Assembly: GCA_002811645.1 (NCBI GenBank)
Contig: PDIP01000043.1
Location: 84,099 to 148,098 of the forward strand
Length of the DNA stretch: 64,000 nucleotides
Direction of reading: 5' to 3'
Source of the DNA: Corallochytrium limacisporum Hawaii
Taxonomy: Eukaryota > Protista > Pluriformea
Of the stretch, positions 48,801 to 60,125 are shown piece after piece. The position numbers and the translations under genes were made by a program. The notes beneath the pieces were generated by a model that did no database searches, had not been told where the DNA came from, and worked only from the letters and a program-made list of their open reading frames with translations. The stretch's first letter is position 1, and each line of letters opens with the position of its first letter.

Positions 48801-49635
48801 CACTCACGCGATGCTCACTTACGATGCGGGTACTCAAAGCAATCATTCCAGTTTCAACCAAATGATAACACATTAACAAGAGGGAATCATGAGAGGGCTG
48901 CGCTGAAGCGAGGGGAATCGAAAGACGCAGAGACGAAGCAAAGAGAGCATTGACGAGGCCAATACGCGTATCTGACGACGATACCTATCCATGCAGACTT
49001 ACAACCGAGCAGCTCTTTTCTTTCACCAGAAATGCACTGGGTCCCCGCCCTCCCCGGGAATGGAAGGATTCTGTGACCAATTTGTCCTGACCGTCCGAAC
49101 TGGCTTACGGGATAACGGTCCCATCACCTGGACCTGTTGGACCCATCCTATTTCCCTTTGATTATTTATTCTGATCCTACTGTTCTTTCTTGTCCCGTAC
49201 CTAACCTAGCCAACGGTCAGCAGGTCGGACTTTCGGTACAAGATTAATGACGAATACCAATGGTATCTCTTCTGCCAAACATTCTTGTGTGTGTGGTCCC
49301 GTGGTTAAGAGTGGAAGGGACGGGAGAGTGCGCTGTTGACGCAGTTCCGGACTCGCCTCCCCTTGTGTTGGTTGCTTTCTTTTGCCGAAGATTCTTCTCT
49401 CATAAAGAAAGTATGGCAAGAGAGTGTCGAAACCACGAACGACAAGGTCACAGGCTTTATACGCAGCCATTCCCTGGCTGCGATCATCATATGCGCATTG
49501 GAGCTTCGATGATTCACTTCCCACACTCTGTTGCTGCTGTATCATGGTCACCTTGGGGGTACTTAAGGTGAATAGCTCCGAGTATCGAACTCGGAATCAC
49601 ACCCGACATATCAACCTGATTCTAGTGTAGAGATC

Positions 49636-50379
49636 ATGGGATGTGCCTGTGGTAAGCCTCATCCGGTACCCACTTCACAAGTTACTAGTACTCCTGCCCA
49701 GGAGCCGAAGAAAGCCACCAACGTCGACCAAGCCGAAGACAACATGCCGGCTGACGGAAAGAAGACGGCCAAGATCTTGGTCCTCTTCTACTCCATGTAT
49801 ACCCACAACTTGCAAATGGCCAAGGCCGTTGCCGCTGGAATCAAGAGCACAGGAGTTGAGGTTGACATCATGCGCATTCCTGAGACTCTTCCCGACGAGG
49901 TTTTGGAGAAGATGGGAGCTCTGGATGCAAAGAAGGCTATGGCTGAGATTCCGGCCATCGAAGGCCCTGATGTGCTGACTAACTACGATGGCTTTGCCTT
50001 CGGTATCCCTACTCGTTTCGGTAACATGCCTGCTCAGTGGAAGGCCTTCCTGGACCAGACCGGTGGTCTGTGGGCCAAGGGCTCCCTATTCGGCAAGACA
50101 GCAACAATCTTTGCGTCCTCCAATACCCAACACGGAGGTCAGGAGACCACCATCATCTCGTCTCTGATTCCTCTCATGCACCACGGTCTGGTATATGTGC
50201 CTCCAGGCTATGGCCACAAGACCGCTTCTGCCTTCCCTGAGGTCTCTGGTGGAACTCCTTATGGTGCTACTACTATTGGTGGAGCAGATGGATCCCGTAT
50301 GCCTTCAGAGGCTGAACTTGACCATGCCAAGTTCATCGGTGGTCACCTGGCAAAGATCACTGCCAAGCTCGTGGCCTAA
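49636..50379 (+). CDS. wrbA: WrbA-family NAD(P)H:quinone oxidoreductase with an N-terminal acylation motif
   Basis: KILVLFYSMY, GIPTRFGNM, DQTGGLW, QHGGQETT, GGTPYGATT, DGSRMPS; N-terminus MGCACGK. Confidence 0.93.
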   Translation: MGCACGKPHPVPTSQVTSTPAQEPKKATNVDQAEDNMPADGKKTAKILVLFYSMYTHNLQMAKAVAAGIKSTGVEVDIMRIPETLPDEVLEKMGALDAKKAMAEIPAIEGPDVLTNYDGFAFGIPTRFGNMPAQWKAFLDQTGGLWAKGSLFGKTATIFASSNTQHGGQETTIISSLIPLMHHGLVYVPPGYGHKTASAFPEVSGGTPYGATTIGGADGSRMPSEAELDHAKFIGGHLAKITAKLVA

Positions 50380-50453
50380 GCCTTGTAAATCAATCAATAG
50401 AATGTATTGAGTTTGAACACTTATTTTTATAGTGCTAGCGTTGAAATGCTTGC

Positions 50454-52208
50454 TTATCCGTTGCTGTTGGCGATGATCTCTTCTGCAAAGCCACGCACAT
50501 CATCATTGCCATCTTCCTTCATGGCTTGCAGCTCCTTGTGGACGTCCGGGATGGCAAGTAGACCTCTCGACACATCAGGTGAACTCTTTGACAGATGCAA
50601 AAGGATCCACAGCGTCATCTGCACAAGGGTCTTCTGCTTTCCCCGGAATGCCTTGATGCAAATATTGGACACCTCCTTGGAGTGCTCCCCAAAATGGGCG
50701 TGTGTCGATGGGGACTGTGCTAGGTTTCCCAAAGCAGCTGCAACATTATACTTGACCTCTATGTTCGGACTCTGCCAAAGATTAATAAGTGTGGCAAACG
50801 CTTCACCATTGAGGCACTGCATGAAGTGCTCTGCCACATGACCATCCAGAACTAGAATAGCAATGGCAGCGGTTGCCTCGGCCTGAACCGCCGGGCTGGT
50901 AATGTTCGCGGAGATCACATCGCAAAGGGCATCCAAAGCACCATTTTCAGCAAGATACCGCTTCTTATCCACTGTACTGCCAATGTTCCGAAAGATGCCC
51001 GCACAGTGACACTGAATTTCTGCGTTTTCTGAATGCAGCAATCGTGAGAGGTGGGGTACATAGCCCAAAGATATGATCAAAGCCTCGTTCTCTCCGTGGA
51101 CACTAATGTTTCGCACTGCAGCCAAAGCGGCAGCAAGCACTGCTTCATTCTCGCTAGTCATGAGCTCCAGAAGGGCATCAAGACCACCAAGATTGGCGAT
51201 AATTTTCTGCAGGGTATCAGATCCCGCAAGATTGCGCAGAGCAAGACATGCATGTTGCTGTAGATGCACATTCTCATTGGACACTAGTTGAATAAGAATC
51301 CGCAGGGCACGGTTATTTTCCGGATTGCTAAGGATGGTTCTTGTCGTCTCATCGATGGCCAAATTGCTGAGTGATGAGATGGCAAAGTACCGGACATCAC
51401 TGTCCGGGTACGTTAGCATTGGGCACAGGGTAGCCAATGCACCCTGTTTTACTAAGATGGCCCGACTGGATTCCAGGTGTGTTAGGTTCAACATCGCCCC
51501 CGCGGCATTGCGAACTACACGAACGGACGATGAGTGGTACAGACCGAGAAGGATCGGTACCGCACCACTCTTACTAATGACCTCCTTTGTGTATTCCGTC
51601 GTCGCCAAATTCGCAAGACATCCGCACGCATTGCTCTGGACCACCGGGTCATCGCTGCCCAACAGCTTCAACAGTGGTTTCATCACTCCCAATCGAACAA
51701 GTTTTTCTTTGTTTTCATTGCGACTTGCCAGGGTGCCGAGAAAACCGCTCATACTTCGCAATATTTCGACGTCCTCTGCCGAAGCCAACCTATCGATCTG
51801 TTCGACCAGATTCCTGTCCGCAACGCAGTCTGAGTTCTGCATGGAGGCATAGGCTGCCGCGACCTCACGCTGGACATGTTCATTCGTTGAATAACAAGAG
51901 GCACTCAGCAGCTCTCGGTCCCTTGCGCTCATTTCATCCCCGGCTTCAATTCGTGTCCGCAGCCGCCTTATCGTATCCAAGTCGTCCAAGTAGGCCGGCT
52001 GCTCCTGATCATAAAGGTCGCCTATTCTATCATTTCCATTGCCAGGTCCAGGTTCTTCAAACATCGGGATCTGTTCATACATTGCACGGGCTGTGCGCGA
52101 AACTACACTGAAGTCCCAACCATGGCCTTCAAGATAAACCTTCAGCTTTGCGCCGCCAGCGATAGCCTTTTCGACGACTACCGTGGCGAAGTGAAAGCAT
52201 GCTTCCAT
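50454..52208 (-). CDS. VAC8: Vac8-like armadillo-repeat protein
   Basis: ARM repeats colinear with yeast Vac8: VQSNACGCLANLAT, VVRNAAGAMLNLTH, SLSNLAIDE, LALRNLA, AVRNISVH, EIQCHC; first ATG at 52208. Confidence 0.85.
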   Translation of the reverse strand: MEACFHFATVVVEKAIAGGAKLKVYLEGHGWDFSVVSRTARAMYEQIPMFEEPGPGNGNDRIGDLYDQEQPAYLDDLDTIRRLRTRIEAGDEMSARDRELLSASCYSTNEHVQREVAAAYASMQNSDCVADRNLVEQIDRLASAEDVEILRSMSGFLGTLASRNENKEKLVRLGVMKPLLKLLGSDDPVVQSNACGCLANLATTEYTKEVISKSGAVPILLGLYHSSSVRVVRNAAGAMLNLTHLESSRAILVKQGALATLCPMLTYPDSDVRYFAISSLSNLAIDETTRTILSNPENNRALRILIQLVSNENVHLQQHACLALRNLAGSDTLQKIIANLGGLDALLELMTSENEAVLAAALAAVRNISVHGENEALIISLGYVPHLSRLLHSENAEIQCHCAGIFRNIGSTVDKKRYLAENGALDALCDVISANITSPAVQAEATAAIAILVLDGHVAEHFMQCLNGEAFATLINLWQSPNIEVKYNVAAALGNLAQSPSTHAHFGEHSKEVSNICIKAFRGKQKTLVQMTLWILLHLSKSSPDVSRGLLAIPDVHKELQAMKEDGNDDVRGFAEEIIANSNG

Positions 52209-53642
52209 AGCTATCAATCCGATAAATTAAGCTCGGCTACATGATAATTTACAATAGATATCAGGACAAACTAGTGTACACTAGATCCTTTCGTGTTCCC
52301 GATTCACAGTGATCTTAGTATGCTATCGCGGTCGAATGCTAACCAGTCTGGATAATTGCCAACGACGTTTCAAGGCAAGAAATACCAAAGTTATCCACTG
52401 GTTTCGTTATCTATCTGATCGTCGTTCTTAACACCTTCCATTAGTTCACTTGATGTTCAATTTGCCGTGCCGAATTTAATTTGTGAAATAGTGACACCGA
52501 GAACAGGTTCACTAGCGATTTGTGCATTGCCTACCATCCAGTTTGGCACGTCATTCCTAGCGCACCCGCCAAGAGCGGTTGGGAGGGAGGGGGCAGGCTA
52601 TTGGCCCGGCGTTCAATTTGCTTGCGACGATGGAGAGTATGGAAATCACCGAGTTTGATAGGTGCTTTTCACTTTCGAACGGTAACTCCCATACTGAATG
52701 GACTAGAACATTCTCGATGTATGGGAAGTCTGTTTCTGTGTCGTGTATTTCTCTCCCAACGCTGGTGCCCAGCTACTTTTTGCATCTTTATCCTATACTC
52801 ACATATGGAAGTCTCCGCTGCTCTCCGTCACCACCCACAACTGCTGGGGTACCGGATTGGGTCTGCAGAATTTGACCCACTGCTCAAGACCCCCCTTCAC
52901 GGACCGCACCCGCCGGGCCCCAAGGCCAAAGAGCGGAGGGGGCGGCGGGTGTCCGGGGGAAAGATCACCCCCTCCTTCGCGATACAGATTTTGATTGCTT
53001 CAATCCCAGGTTTTGGTATAGCCAATGCTTGGTCACGATATCATGAATGCTGATTTGCATTTCTTGCATACAATAGATAGGAGAGGAAAAATCTATGGGT
53101 TTGATTTCCATATATCTCGCCAATTGCCGTAGTGAAGGTATGGGGGCCTCTGCGAGAGTAAGCGGCCTCTTGCAAGAACACGGGGGAGGGGGGTCTCGCT
53201 GCCACCCCACCTGGGCACGAGAGGCAGGGAGCCCCAAACCTAACCCTAGTCCCCACCTGAGACAGTGAGCCCCGGGGAGCGGGGGGAAGGGAATAGGGCG
53301 GTCACAGAGGGCAAGGCACCGAGGTAGTGGACCATTGGCTCTTTCGCTCTTTCGCTGTTGGCAGTACACAGTGCAGCCACCCCCCCCAGGGGAGGGAGGG
53401 AGCACTGGGAGAAGGAGGACAGGTGGTGCAGGACCTTGGAGGAGCTGGTACAAGAGCGGTGGAGCGTGATCCACAGCTCTCGTGGAGCAATTGCAAAGTC
53501 GTAGTAGAAGTAGTAGGATTGGAGATAGCAAATGTCTATGGCTTGTGAAGTGGGCCTCATTGAATAATACAAATAGGGAAGGTCAATTCAATGACCCGTT
53601 GAAGTTTAATGCACACAATTGGCGCAATATTGTCACACACAG

Positions 53643-53993
53643 ATGGCCACCAAGGTAGTCACATGGGCACAACGCCTCGCACGGATCCAGCCAGAAATTG
53701 ATATTGTTCGCAGAAGAATCTGGGGACAACTAGAATTCCCTGTGCAGGAAGGACAGCTGGACCATGGCAAACTGTTCCGTCAACCTTTGAAGGGGCCGGA
53801 GCAGGTCGCCTACTATCCGCAGCATGGTCCGGTCGCACGGTCGTCGCGTCTGATGGCACGATTTGCTCGCACTCACGGGCATTTCAACGACGCTGAGGAC
53901 CAAATTCGTACCGAAATCAAGGAAGAACGTGTGCGCCGTAAGGGTCATGCACCAAAGAAGGGTGAAGGTAAACGATCGAAAAAGAAACGATAA
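53643..53993 (+). CDS. MRPS33: Mitochondrial ribosomal protein mS33 (Rsm27)
   Basis: RIWGQ, KLFRQPLKGPEQVAYYP, C-terminal RRKGHAPKKGEGKRS; first ATG at 53643. Confidence 0.85.
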   Translation: MATKVVTWAQRLARIQPEIDIVRRRIWGQLEFPVQEGQLDHGKLFRQPLKGPEQVAYYPQHGPVARSSRLMARFARTHGHFNDAEDQIRTEIKEERVRRKGHAPKKGEGKRSKKKR

Positions 53994-54087
53994 TTCAAAA
54001 GTAATGATAGATAGCATAGTTTTCAAGATCTGCAGTTGTAGTTTCACTTACAAATCATATCAGTTGTGCACTCATGATTTGCCACTT

Positions 54088-56985
54088 TCATAAGTCTGGA
54101 AGTTGCCAAAGGTCCATTGCGCCGTCACTGCGACTGCCGCCACGTCTGCGGTTGTCTCTTGCGGCAGGTAGCTGCTGTAGGTTATTGGGTCGGCGAAAGA
54201 GGCCTGGCGAAGAAGGGTTGCTTGAAGCACTGGATGGTTGCAGCAGGTGATACTGCTGCTGATGACGTGCAGCTGGTTTCCGCAAGCGAAGCTTCGGTGC
54301 TTGGGTTGTGCCCCGCATCATACGCTTGTAACTGGTGCCGGAAGTTTGCAGTTCGTCATCTCCAATATTACCTGTGTTCATTTCAGCTCCAAAGTCAACA
54401 ATGTTCAGGTTGGCCCCGGAACGGTCAATCTTGACTGTATGCTCTGTGTGCTTTGTCTGGCTCACAAAGGCCACCCGTGGCTCTTCTGAGCTGGAGATGG
54501 CATTGTTGCGGCGCAGGAGTGCAGCTCGATTCATAGCTGGTCCAATGCGCCGTTGCCTTATCTCTGTGTCTGAGTGCATGAGCACAGTGCGATTTGTGTG
54601 CTGATCAGGCCGACCAGGTGGTCCAATGTGGACAGGAACAGGCTGACTGGTTTCCTTGGAGCGCTTCAGCAATGCGTTGCGTTCCTTCTTGGTCTTCAGA
54701 GCTTTTTTCTTCTTGATCAATAGAATCATGGCAAAATCCTCGGATGCAGATGGTGATGAATCGGATCCGGTTGTGCCAGATTCCAAAGCATCGAAGTCCA
54801 TATCGTCAATGTCCATGCTCTCAAGATCACCGCCGGACAAGAAGGCAGAAAATCGGCTCAAATCGTCCTCGCCAGCACCCCCGCTTGAGGATGCCTTACT
54901 TTTGCCTTTGCGCCGCTTTACGCCCTTAACATAACTCTTAGATCGTTTGCGTATCTTGCCGGTACCGGCCTGCACGATTTGGGCCTCCCGCGCCTCCTGC
55001 TGGAATCTTAGTCTGGCCAGTACACTCTCACGTAGAGTCATGGTAATGTTCGACATCATCATCTGCAGCTTTTCCGGATCATTCATGATCTTCCCATACT
55101 CGATGCATGCATTTCCAACACCAAGACCCATTTCCGCAAACGCATCAGGATTGTACTGCTTCTTGAAATACTTTCCCCGAGTGCCACCACAAAAAGTAGC
55201 TTCCATGGTAATGGAGTTCATGATGCCATACTCTCTACGTGACACGATGCGAGCTGTACCACTCTTTGAGGCTTCCATGCCATACTTGGAAGAGGGAACA
55301 CTGAACAAATCGGGACAAAGTTCTGAAAATAAGTTCGGGAAGATGCGTTCGTGGAAGCGAAGACTGGCATCTTCCTTGTTGTGACATCCGTACACGAAGA
55401 TGTCAAATTTGCGACTGTGTCCATGAAAGTCGCAGAGCAGTGTTATTGGTCTCTGCTGGGAGAGGCGTGCAATAGCCTCCTTCATGCCAATGACCTCAGG
55501 GCAGTTCTTGGCTGGCGATTTCCATACCCGATTAAGATCCTTACCCGACAAGGAACATCTATAGTTGCCAGAAATAACCCCATCGGGATTCAACATAGGG
55601 CAAATCTTAATGACGTAACGTCTACGGAGCTCCTGGGCTTCAGGTTTGTCCGAGAGGCAAAAGTCCATGAAGCCGTGTAACATCCAGGATCCATTGGTTT
55701 CACCGGGATGCGTCCGAGCCATGGCAACAATGGCAGGCCTTCCTTCCAGGTCTTGTGGATTGTTCGTGGGCTCGGTGATGGTCAAAATTTCCACAGCATT
55801 GCCTGCAAAGGACTCGGTGAGAAGCTTCCTCGTACACATTGCAGCCACAGCAGGATGGTTCATCTTCTGATTCAAATACTTTCGCAACATGGTGTACGTG
55901 TACGGAGGACAGTGGCAAAAGTAGACCTCGTCGTCTTCGTATTCGGACCGCCACTTGAACGTGAGGGTGTACTCACTTCGGCTTAATTCGCTGCTTCTAG
56001 ATGTCGAACTCTTGTAATATGCAATACCCTCTCCACTGCGATGCCATCCAATGCCAGTTTCCGCGAACTTCCGCTGGCTGAATATGCATGGTTGCAGGCC
56101 ATTGTTGTAGAGCGAACCGCTCTTCAGGAAGTTAATGATGTTGAACTTGTAGGCTTGGTCTGCTCTTGTGTTTCGGACCCGGAAGAAGTACCACTGCATA
56201 TGCCGTGGGGTGTAGAGATCGGGACGAAGTTCGAGATTGTACTCGTTTGGTCCCATCAACGACGCAGTCAGGAGATTCCCACTTTCAAATCGACTCTCAA
56301 AAATGAGAACATTCTTGGCAACGACCGGATCGTGCACCCGGTCTTGGATGTCCTCTATGCAGTCAGGTTCCACGAGAGGAACTTCATTCGCACTATGTGT
56401 CCCCTCCAGATTGTTTCTCCATGTGTTTCTGACACCTTCAATGGTACCAGGACCTGAACCATCATAAACGAGGGTACCGGTTCTTCGCTCTGCAAGGATC
56501 CGAACCTCGAGCTTTCGGTCATCATCCGTACGTGTGTAGAAATCGCACAACGGGGCCGACCTGAGAATCATATCGATATCACTGGCCACCGCCTCTGGCA
56601 GCTGCTCGGAAATGAAAGCCATATCATTCGGCAGACGCACGGTATCGAAGTCTCCATTTGAGCTAGTCAGTTCCACCTGCTTCAGAGGCTTCAACGAGCT
56701 GACTGGCCCTTCCTTCGGGAGCTGCGTTGTCATCCCACGATAGCGTCCTAAATAACTTGCGTCCCTAATCGGGGAGCCTTCCCTCGCGTCGCATTCTTCA
56801 CTGCTCCGACCATCATCACTCGCGTCAATGTCTACTGCCCGCAGTAGCTCTTCCGCCGTAAACCCGCTGTCGTGTGTCAGCAGCGTATTCAGAGGTATTC
56901 CAAAGCATGAGGCGGCTTCTTGTAGGGCGCGCTGCAAGTCACCCATGTCCATGGGCTCGCCGCTTCCACCACTCGAAACATTCAT
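54088..56985 (-). CDS. Cytosolic carboxypeptidase (M14D, CCP/AGBL tubulin deglutamylase family)
   Basis: FESRFESGNL, QWYFFRV, PYTYT, ARTHPGETNGSW, PMLNPDGV, GNYRCSLSGKDLNR, DFHGHS, TMEATFCG. Confidence 0.92.
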   Translation of the reverse strand: MNVSSGGSGEPMDMGDLQRALQEAASCFGIPLNTLLTHDSGFTAEELLRAVDIDASDDGRSSEECDAREGSPIRDASYLGRYRGMTTQLPKEGPVSSLKPLKQVELTSSNGDFDTVRLPNDMAFISEQLPEAVASDIDMILRSAPLCDFYTRTDDDRKLEVRILAERRTGTLVYDGSGPGTIEGVRNTWRNNLEGTHSANEVPLVEPDCIEDIQDRVHDPVVAKNVLIFESRFESGNLLTASLMGPNEYNLELRPDLYTPRHMQWYFFRVRNTRADQAYKFNIINFLKSGSLYNNGLQPCIFSQRKFAETGIGWHRSGEGIAYYKSSTSRSSELSRSEYTLTFKWRSEYEDDEVYFCHCPPYTYTMLRKYLNQKMNHPAVAAMCTRKLLTESFAGNAVEILTITEPTNNPQDLEGRPAIVAMARTHPGETNGSWMLHGFMDFCLSDKPEAQELRRRYVIKICPMLNPDGVISGNYRCSLSGKDLNRVWKSPAKNCPEVIGMKEAIARLSQQRPITLLCDFHGHSRKFDIFVYGCHNKEDASLRFHERIFPNLFSELCPDLFSVPSSKYGMEASKSGTARIVSRREYGIMNSITMEATFCGGTRGKYFKKQYNPDAFAEMGLGVGNACIEYGKIMNDPEKLQMMMSNITMTLRESVLARLRFQQEAREAQIVQAGTGKIRKRSKSYVKGVKRRKGKSKASSSGGAGEDDLSRFSAFLSGGDLESMDIDDMDFDALESGTTGSDSSPSASEDFAMILLIKKKKALKTKKERNALLKRSKETSQPVPVHIGPPGRPDQHTNRTVLMHSDTEIRQRRIGPAMNRAALLRRNNAISSSEEPRVAFVSQTKHTEHTVKIDRSGANLNIVDFGAEMNTGNIGDDELQTSGTSYKRMMRGTTQAPKLRLRKPAARHQQQYHLLQPSSASSNPSSPGLFRRPNNLQQLPAARDNRRRGGSRSDGAMDLWQLPDL

Positions 56986-58775
56986 ATTTGTCCGTTAGAG
57001 GCCAATCGGCCCCATGTGGTCCATAGCTACCGCATTGTAGGTATTCAGACGACCAAAGCCGCCATGAGCTCAATTGACTTCTCAGATTTCTATAACTCCG
57101 TCAGCTCAGGTCCAGACATAGCCAAGTACAAATTCCACTGAAATGCCCTTTCAAGTTCCTTCTTGTCCGCATCAGCTTACTGCTGGGCCACCTGCCACCT
57201 TCCGCTTCCCTGCATTTGCTCAAGTCAGACCTAGACCAGGAGAATTGGGACAGAGGAAGTGAAAGCCACTGGAAGCCTGAAGCCGTCCTGCAGTCCTCAG
57301 CCCCGCAAAAGTATACGGATGCCATTCTGCGTACGACGATTGTGCAGGCTAGCTTTGGCTCCACCCGCCGTTGACCCTCTCCTCTGGCAACCAAAATGAA
57401 ACCCCAACCCTAAGGGTTAGAATAATTTAAAGTATTCAGTATATTATAAAACTTTAACACATTTTCATAGATGTCTGTGCACTGTTTGCCCGGCGGTCCC
57501 GCCCCCTGGGGGGAAACCGTCCCCTTCTTCCGTGGCCTTGCTCGGCCTTATTATATCCATTAGGGAGGTATTTTACATACGGATATTTTTATATTCTCTG
57601 ACTGGCTGCATAAATAACACTGTCGAATTGCCCAAAGACAAAATGGGGCCGAGAGAGGGGGGGGTTGTCGCCAACTGCCAGCTCCGCCCTCCGCGATGGA
57701 TGCGCTGCAACGGGAGTCGCGACACCAACCCAACAAAGAAACATAACAGAAACACGATTGAAAGCGTATGAAAAACCATACAGAAAGTACGGTATCGGCG
57801 GGTAAACAAAAACCACACACCAGGCACAGTAGCGAAAACCCCTTCCGCTTTGCCAGGGGCCAAGGATTTTCCCGTTGTGTTTCACTACACCAAGGGTTTG
57901 CAAAGGTGAGGTCGGGCGGATCTCCTCCTAAGTACCGGCATAATGCACAATGGGTGTCAATCCTGTGGCCCCGGTTTGGACCGGAACGAACGGCGATGTG
58001 CTCTGCACCGCTGTTTATCGGGTCTGGACTCACGACAAAGCACACCATATATGTCGGTATCCCCATTGCCCATCCCCGCGAGGCCAGTCATAACTTCCTT
58101 TTTGGCGGAGCGCGATGGAGGGACCATGTTGTGTGTCAAATCCCCAACTTTCTTACGCTTACACTTCTCTTGCTCATGCGCTTGGCCCTGGATTTCCCTC
58201 ACTGTGGATCCCATATGTGGACCAGAGGAGTAGCTGCACATTGCCGACAACGGGCAAACTATCCCATCCCACACACACACACACACACACCCCTTTCTCG
58301 AGGGAGCTGTGTTGTGTGGGAAGGACTTTTTGAACTGTTTTCCGTAGCGGGAGGGTGTGGGGGGAGGTGAAAACAGTGAGTAAAAAAAAACCGGATAAAC
58401 CCTTGTGTTCACCGCCGCTCTCTATAAATACATACATACACACCCTGTTCACCTGAAGCTGGGTGCGTCGGGACTCCCGTGTGTGTGGGGAAGTGAGAGC
58501 GCAGGGGAGGTGCAGAAAAAGGCAACTGCGTTTGGCGTGCTGGGTGGTTGGTTGGTGTGCGCCATGAAGAGAAGAAAGATAGCTCATTGGGCGCGAATGA
58601 GGGAGCAATGTGTATTCGCTATACATAAGTGTTGCCTCCTTCGTAAACCACTGTTGTGTGCAGGTGCAAGTGACAAGTAATCTTTCAATACAGGACAAGT
58701 AAGAATGTTCCCATATGGCAAGACGACCTGGGAGTTGTTTTGTTAGCACCATAAGGTTACTGTAAGGAAAAAATC

Positions 58776-60125
58776 ATGGCACTGCGCTCGTTGTCCGCGC
58801 TGGCCGGTGGCCTGCGTACTGCACGTGCCCTGCAGGTGAATTATGTCACTCCTGCGATGGGTGTGGGGTCTTACCAGCAGAGCCGCAAGCTCTCCATCCA
58901 TGAGCATCTGAGTATGGGTCTGCTCAAGAAGTTTGGCGTAAACGTGCCCCGAGGCCGTGTGGCACGCACTGCCATGGAGGCTGAGCAGGTTGCTACCGAA
59001 CTCAACACCGAGGATATGGTTATCAAGGCGCAGGTTCTGGCTGGTGGCCGCGGTAAGGGTACCTTCGAGAGCGGTCTCAAGGGAGGTGTCCGCGTCATCT
59101 TCAGCGCTGCCGAGGCTCGCATGTACGCCGAGAAGATGCTCGGTCAGAAGCTCTTCACCAAGCAGACTGGTGCACAGGGTCGTATCTGCAACGAAGTCTA
59201 CATTTGTGAGCGTCTGTATGTCCGTCGTGAGTACTACTTTGCTCTCCTCATGGACCGGGTGACCAACGGGCCCGTGGTCGTTGCGTCCGCCCAGGGTGGT
59301 GTTGACATTGAGTCTGTTGCTGCAGAGAACCCCGAGGCCATTATCACCGAGCCTATTGACCTGAAAACCGGTATGACTGAGGACCAGGCTCGCGGAGTTG
59401 CCGAGAGGATGGGTTTCACTCCGGCTTCCATCTCCAGCGCTGCCCGCAACATCATGTCCCTGTACGACCTGTTCATCAAGCACGACGCCACCATGGTTGA
59501 GATTAACCCCATGGCCGAGGACAATGCCGGTGAAGTCTACTGCATGGACGCCAAGATTAGCTTCGATGACAATGCTGAGTTCCGCCAGAAAGACATCTTT
59601 GCTCTTCGTGACACTACCCAGGACGATCCCCGTGAGGTCGCTGCATCCGAGTACAATCTGAACTACATTGGTCTGGACGGTAACATTGGATGCCTGGTAA
59701 ACGGTGCCGGTCTTGCCATGGCCACTATGGATATCATCAAGTTGAATGGTGGCGACCCCGCCAACTTCCTCGATGTCGGTGGTGGCGCGACTGCTGACCA
59801 GGTCACTGAGGCCTTCAAGATTATTAGCTCTGACCCTAAGGTCAGCGCCATCCTTGTCAATATCTTTGGTGGAATTATGCGCTGTGACGTCATTGCCCAG
59901 GGTATCATTGCTGCTGCAGGCAAGCTGGACCTGACCATCCCTCTGGTCGTCCGTCTGCAGGGAACCAAGGTCAACGAGGCCAAGAAGCTGATCGAGGAAT
60001 CCGGTTTGCGCATCTTTGCAATGGATGATCTTGACGAGGCAGCCGCGAAGGCCGTACAGCTGTCCAAGATTGTTCAATTGGCCCAGCAAGCCGATGTCTC
60101 TGTCAAGTTTGAGCTGCCCCTGTGA
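58776..60125 (+). CDS. SUCLA2: Succinyl-CoA ligase beta subunit, mitochondrial (probably ADP-forming)
   Basis: LSIHEH after a presequence, [50 protein letters not shown]-terminal VKFELPL. Confidence 0.93.
   Translation: MALRSLSALAGGLRTARALQVNYVTPAMGVGSYQQSRKLSIHEHLSMGLLKKFGVNVPRGRVARTAMEAEQVATELNTEDMVIKAQVLAGGRGKGTFESGLKGGVRVIFSAAEARMYAEKMLGQKLFTKQTGAQGRICNEVYICERLYVRREYYFALLMDRVTNGPVVVASAQGGVDIESVAAENPEAIITEPIDLKTGMTEDQARGVAERMGFTPASISSAARNIMSLYDLFIKHDATMVEINPMAEDNAGEVYCMDAKISFDDNAEFRQKDIFALRDTTQDDPREVAASEYNLNYIGLDGNIGCLVNGAGLAMATMDIIKLNGGDPANFLDVGGGATADQVTEAFKIISSDPKVSAILVNIFGGIMRCDVIAQGIIAAAGKLDLTIPLVVRLQGTKVNEAKKLIEESGLRIFAMDDLDEAAAKAVQLSKIVQLAQQADVSVKFELPL

Noticed and set aside
48692-48910. 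ATGATGA box-C-like motif (also near 33350 and 35547)
   Set aside because: No box D (CTGA) with a terminal stem at snoRNA distance
57000-57500. RFX X-box upstream of the CCP gene
   Set aside because: Only a GGCAAC half-site near 57386; no matching GTNRCC half
58743-60089. 448-aa antisense ORF over SUCLA2 (also 25678-27153 over ASS1 and 1373-2152 over ACAA2)
   Set aside because: They lie in register with strongly codon-biased sense genes that avoid TTA, CTA and TCA, which removes antisense stops; no protein motifs
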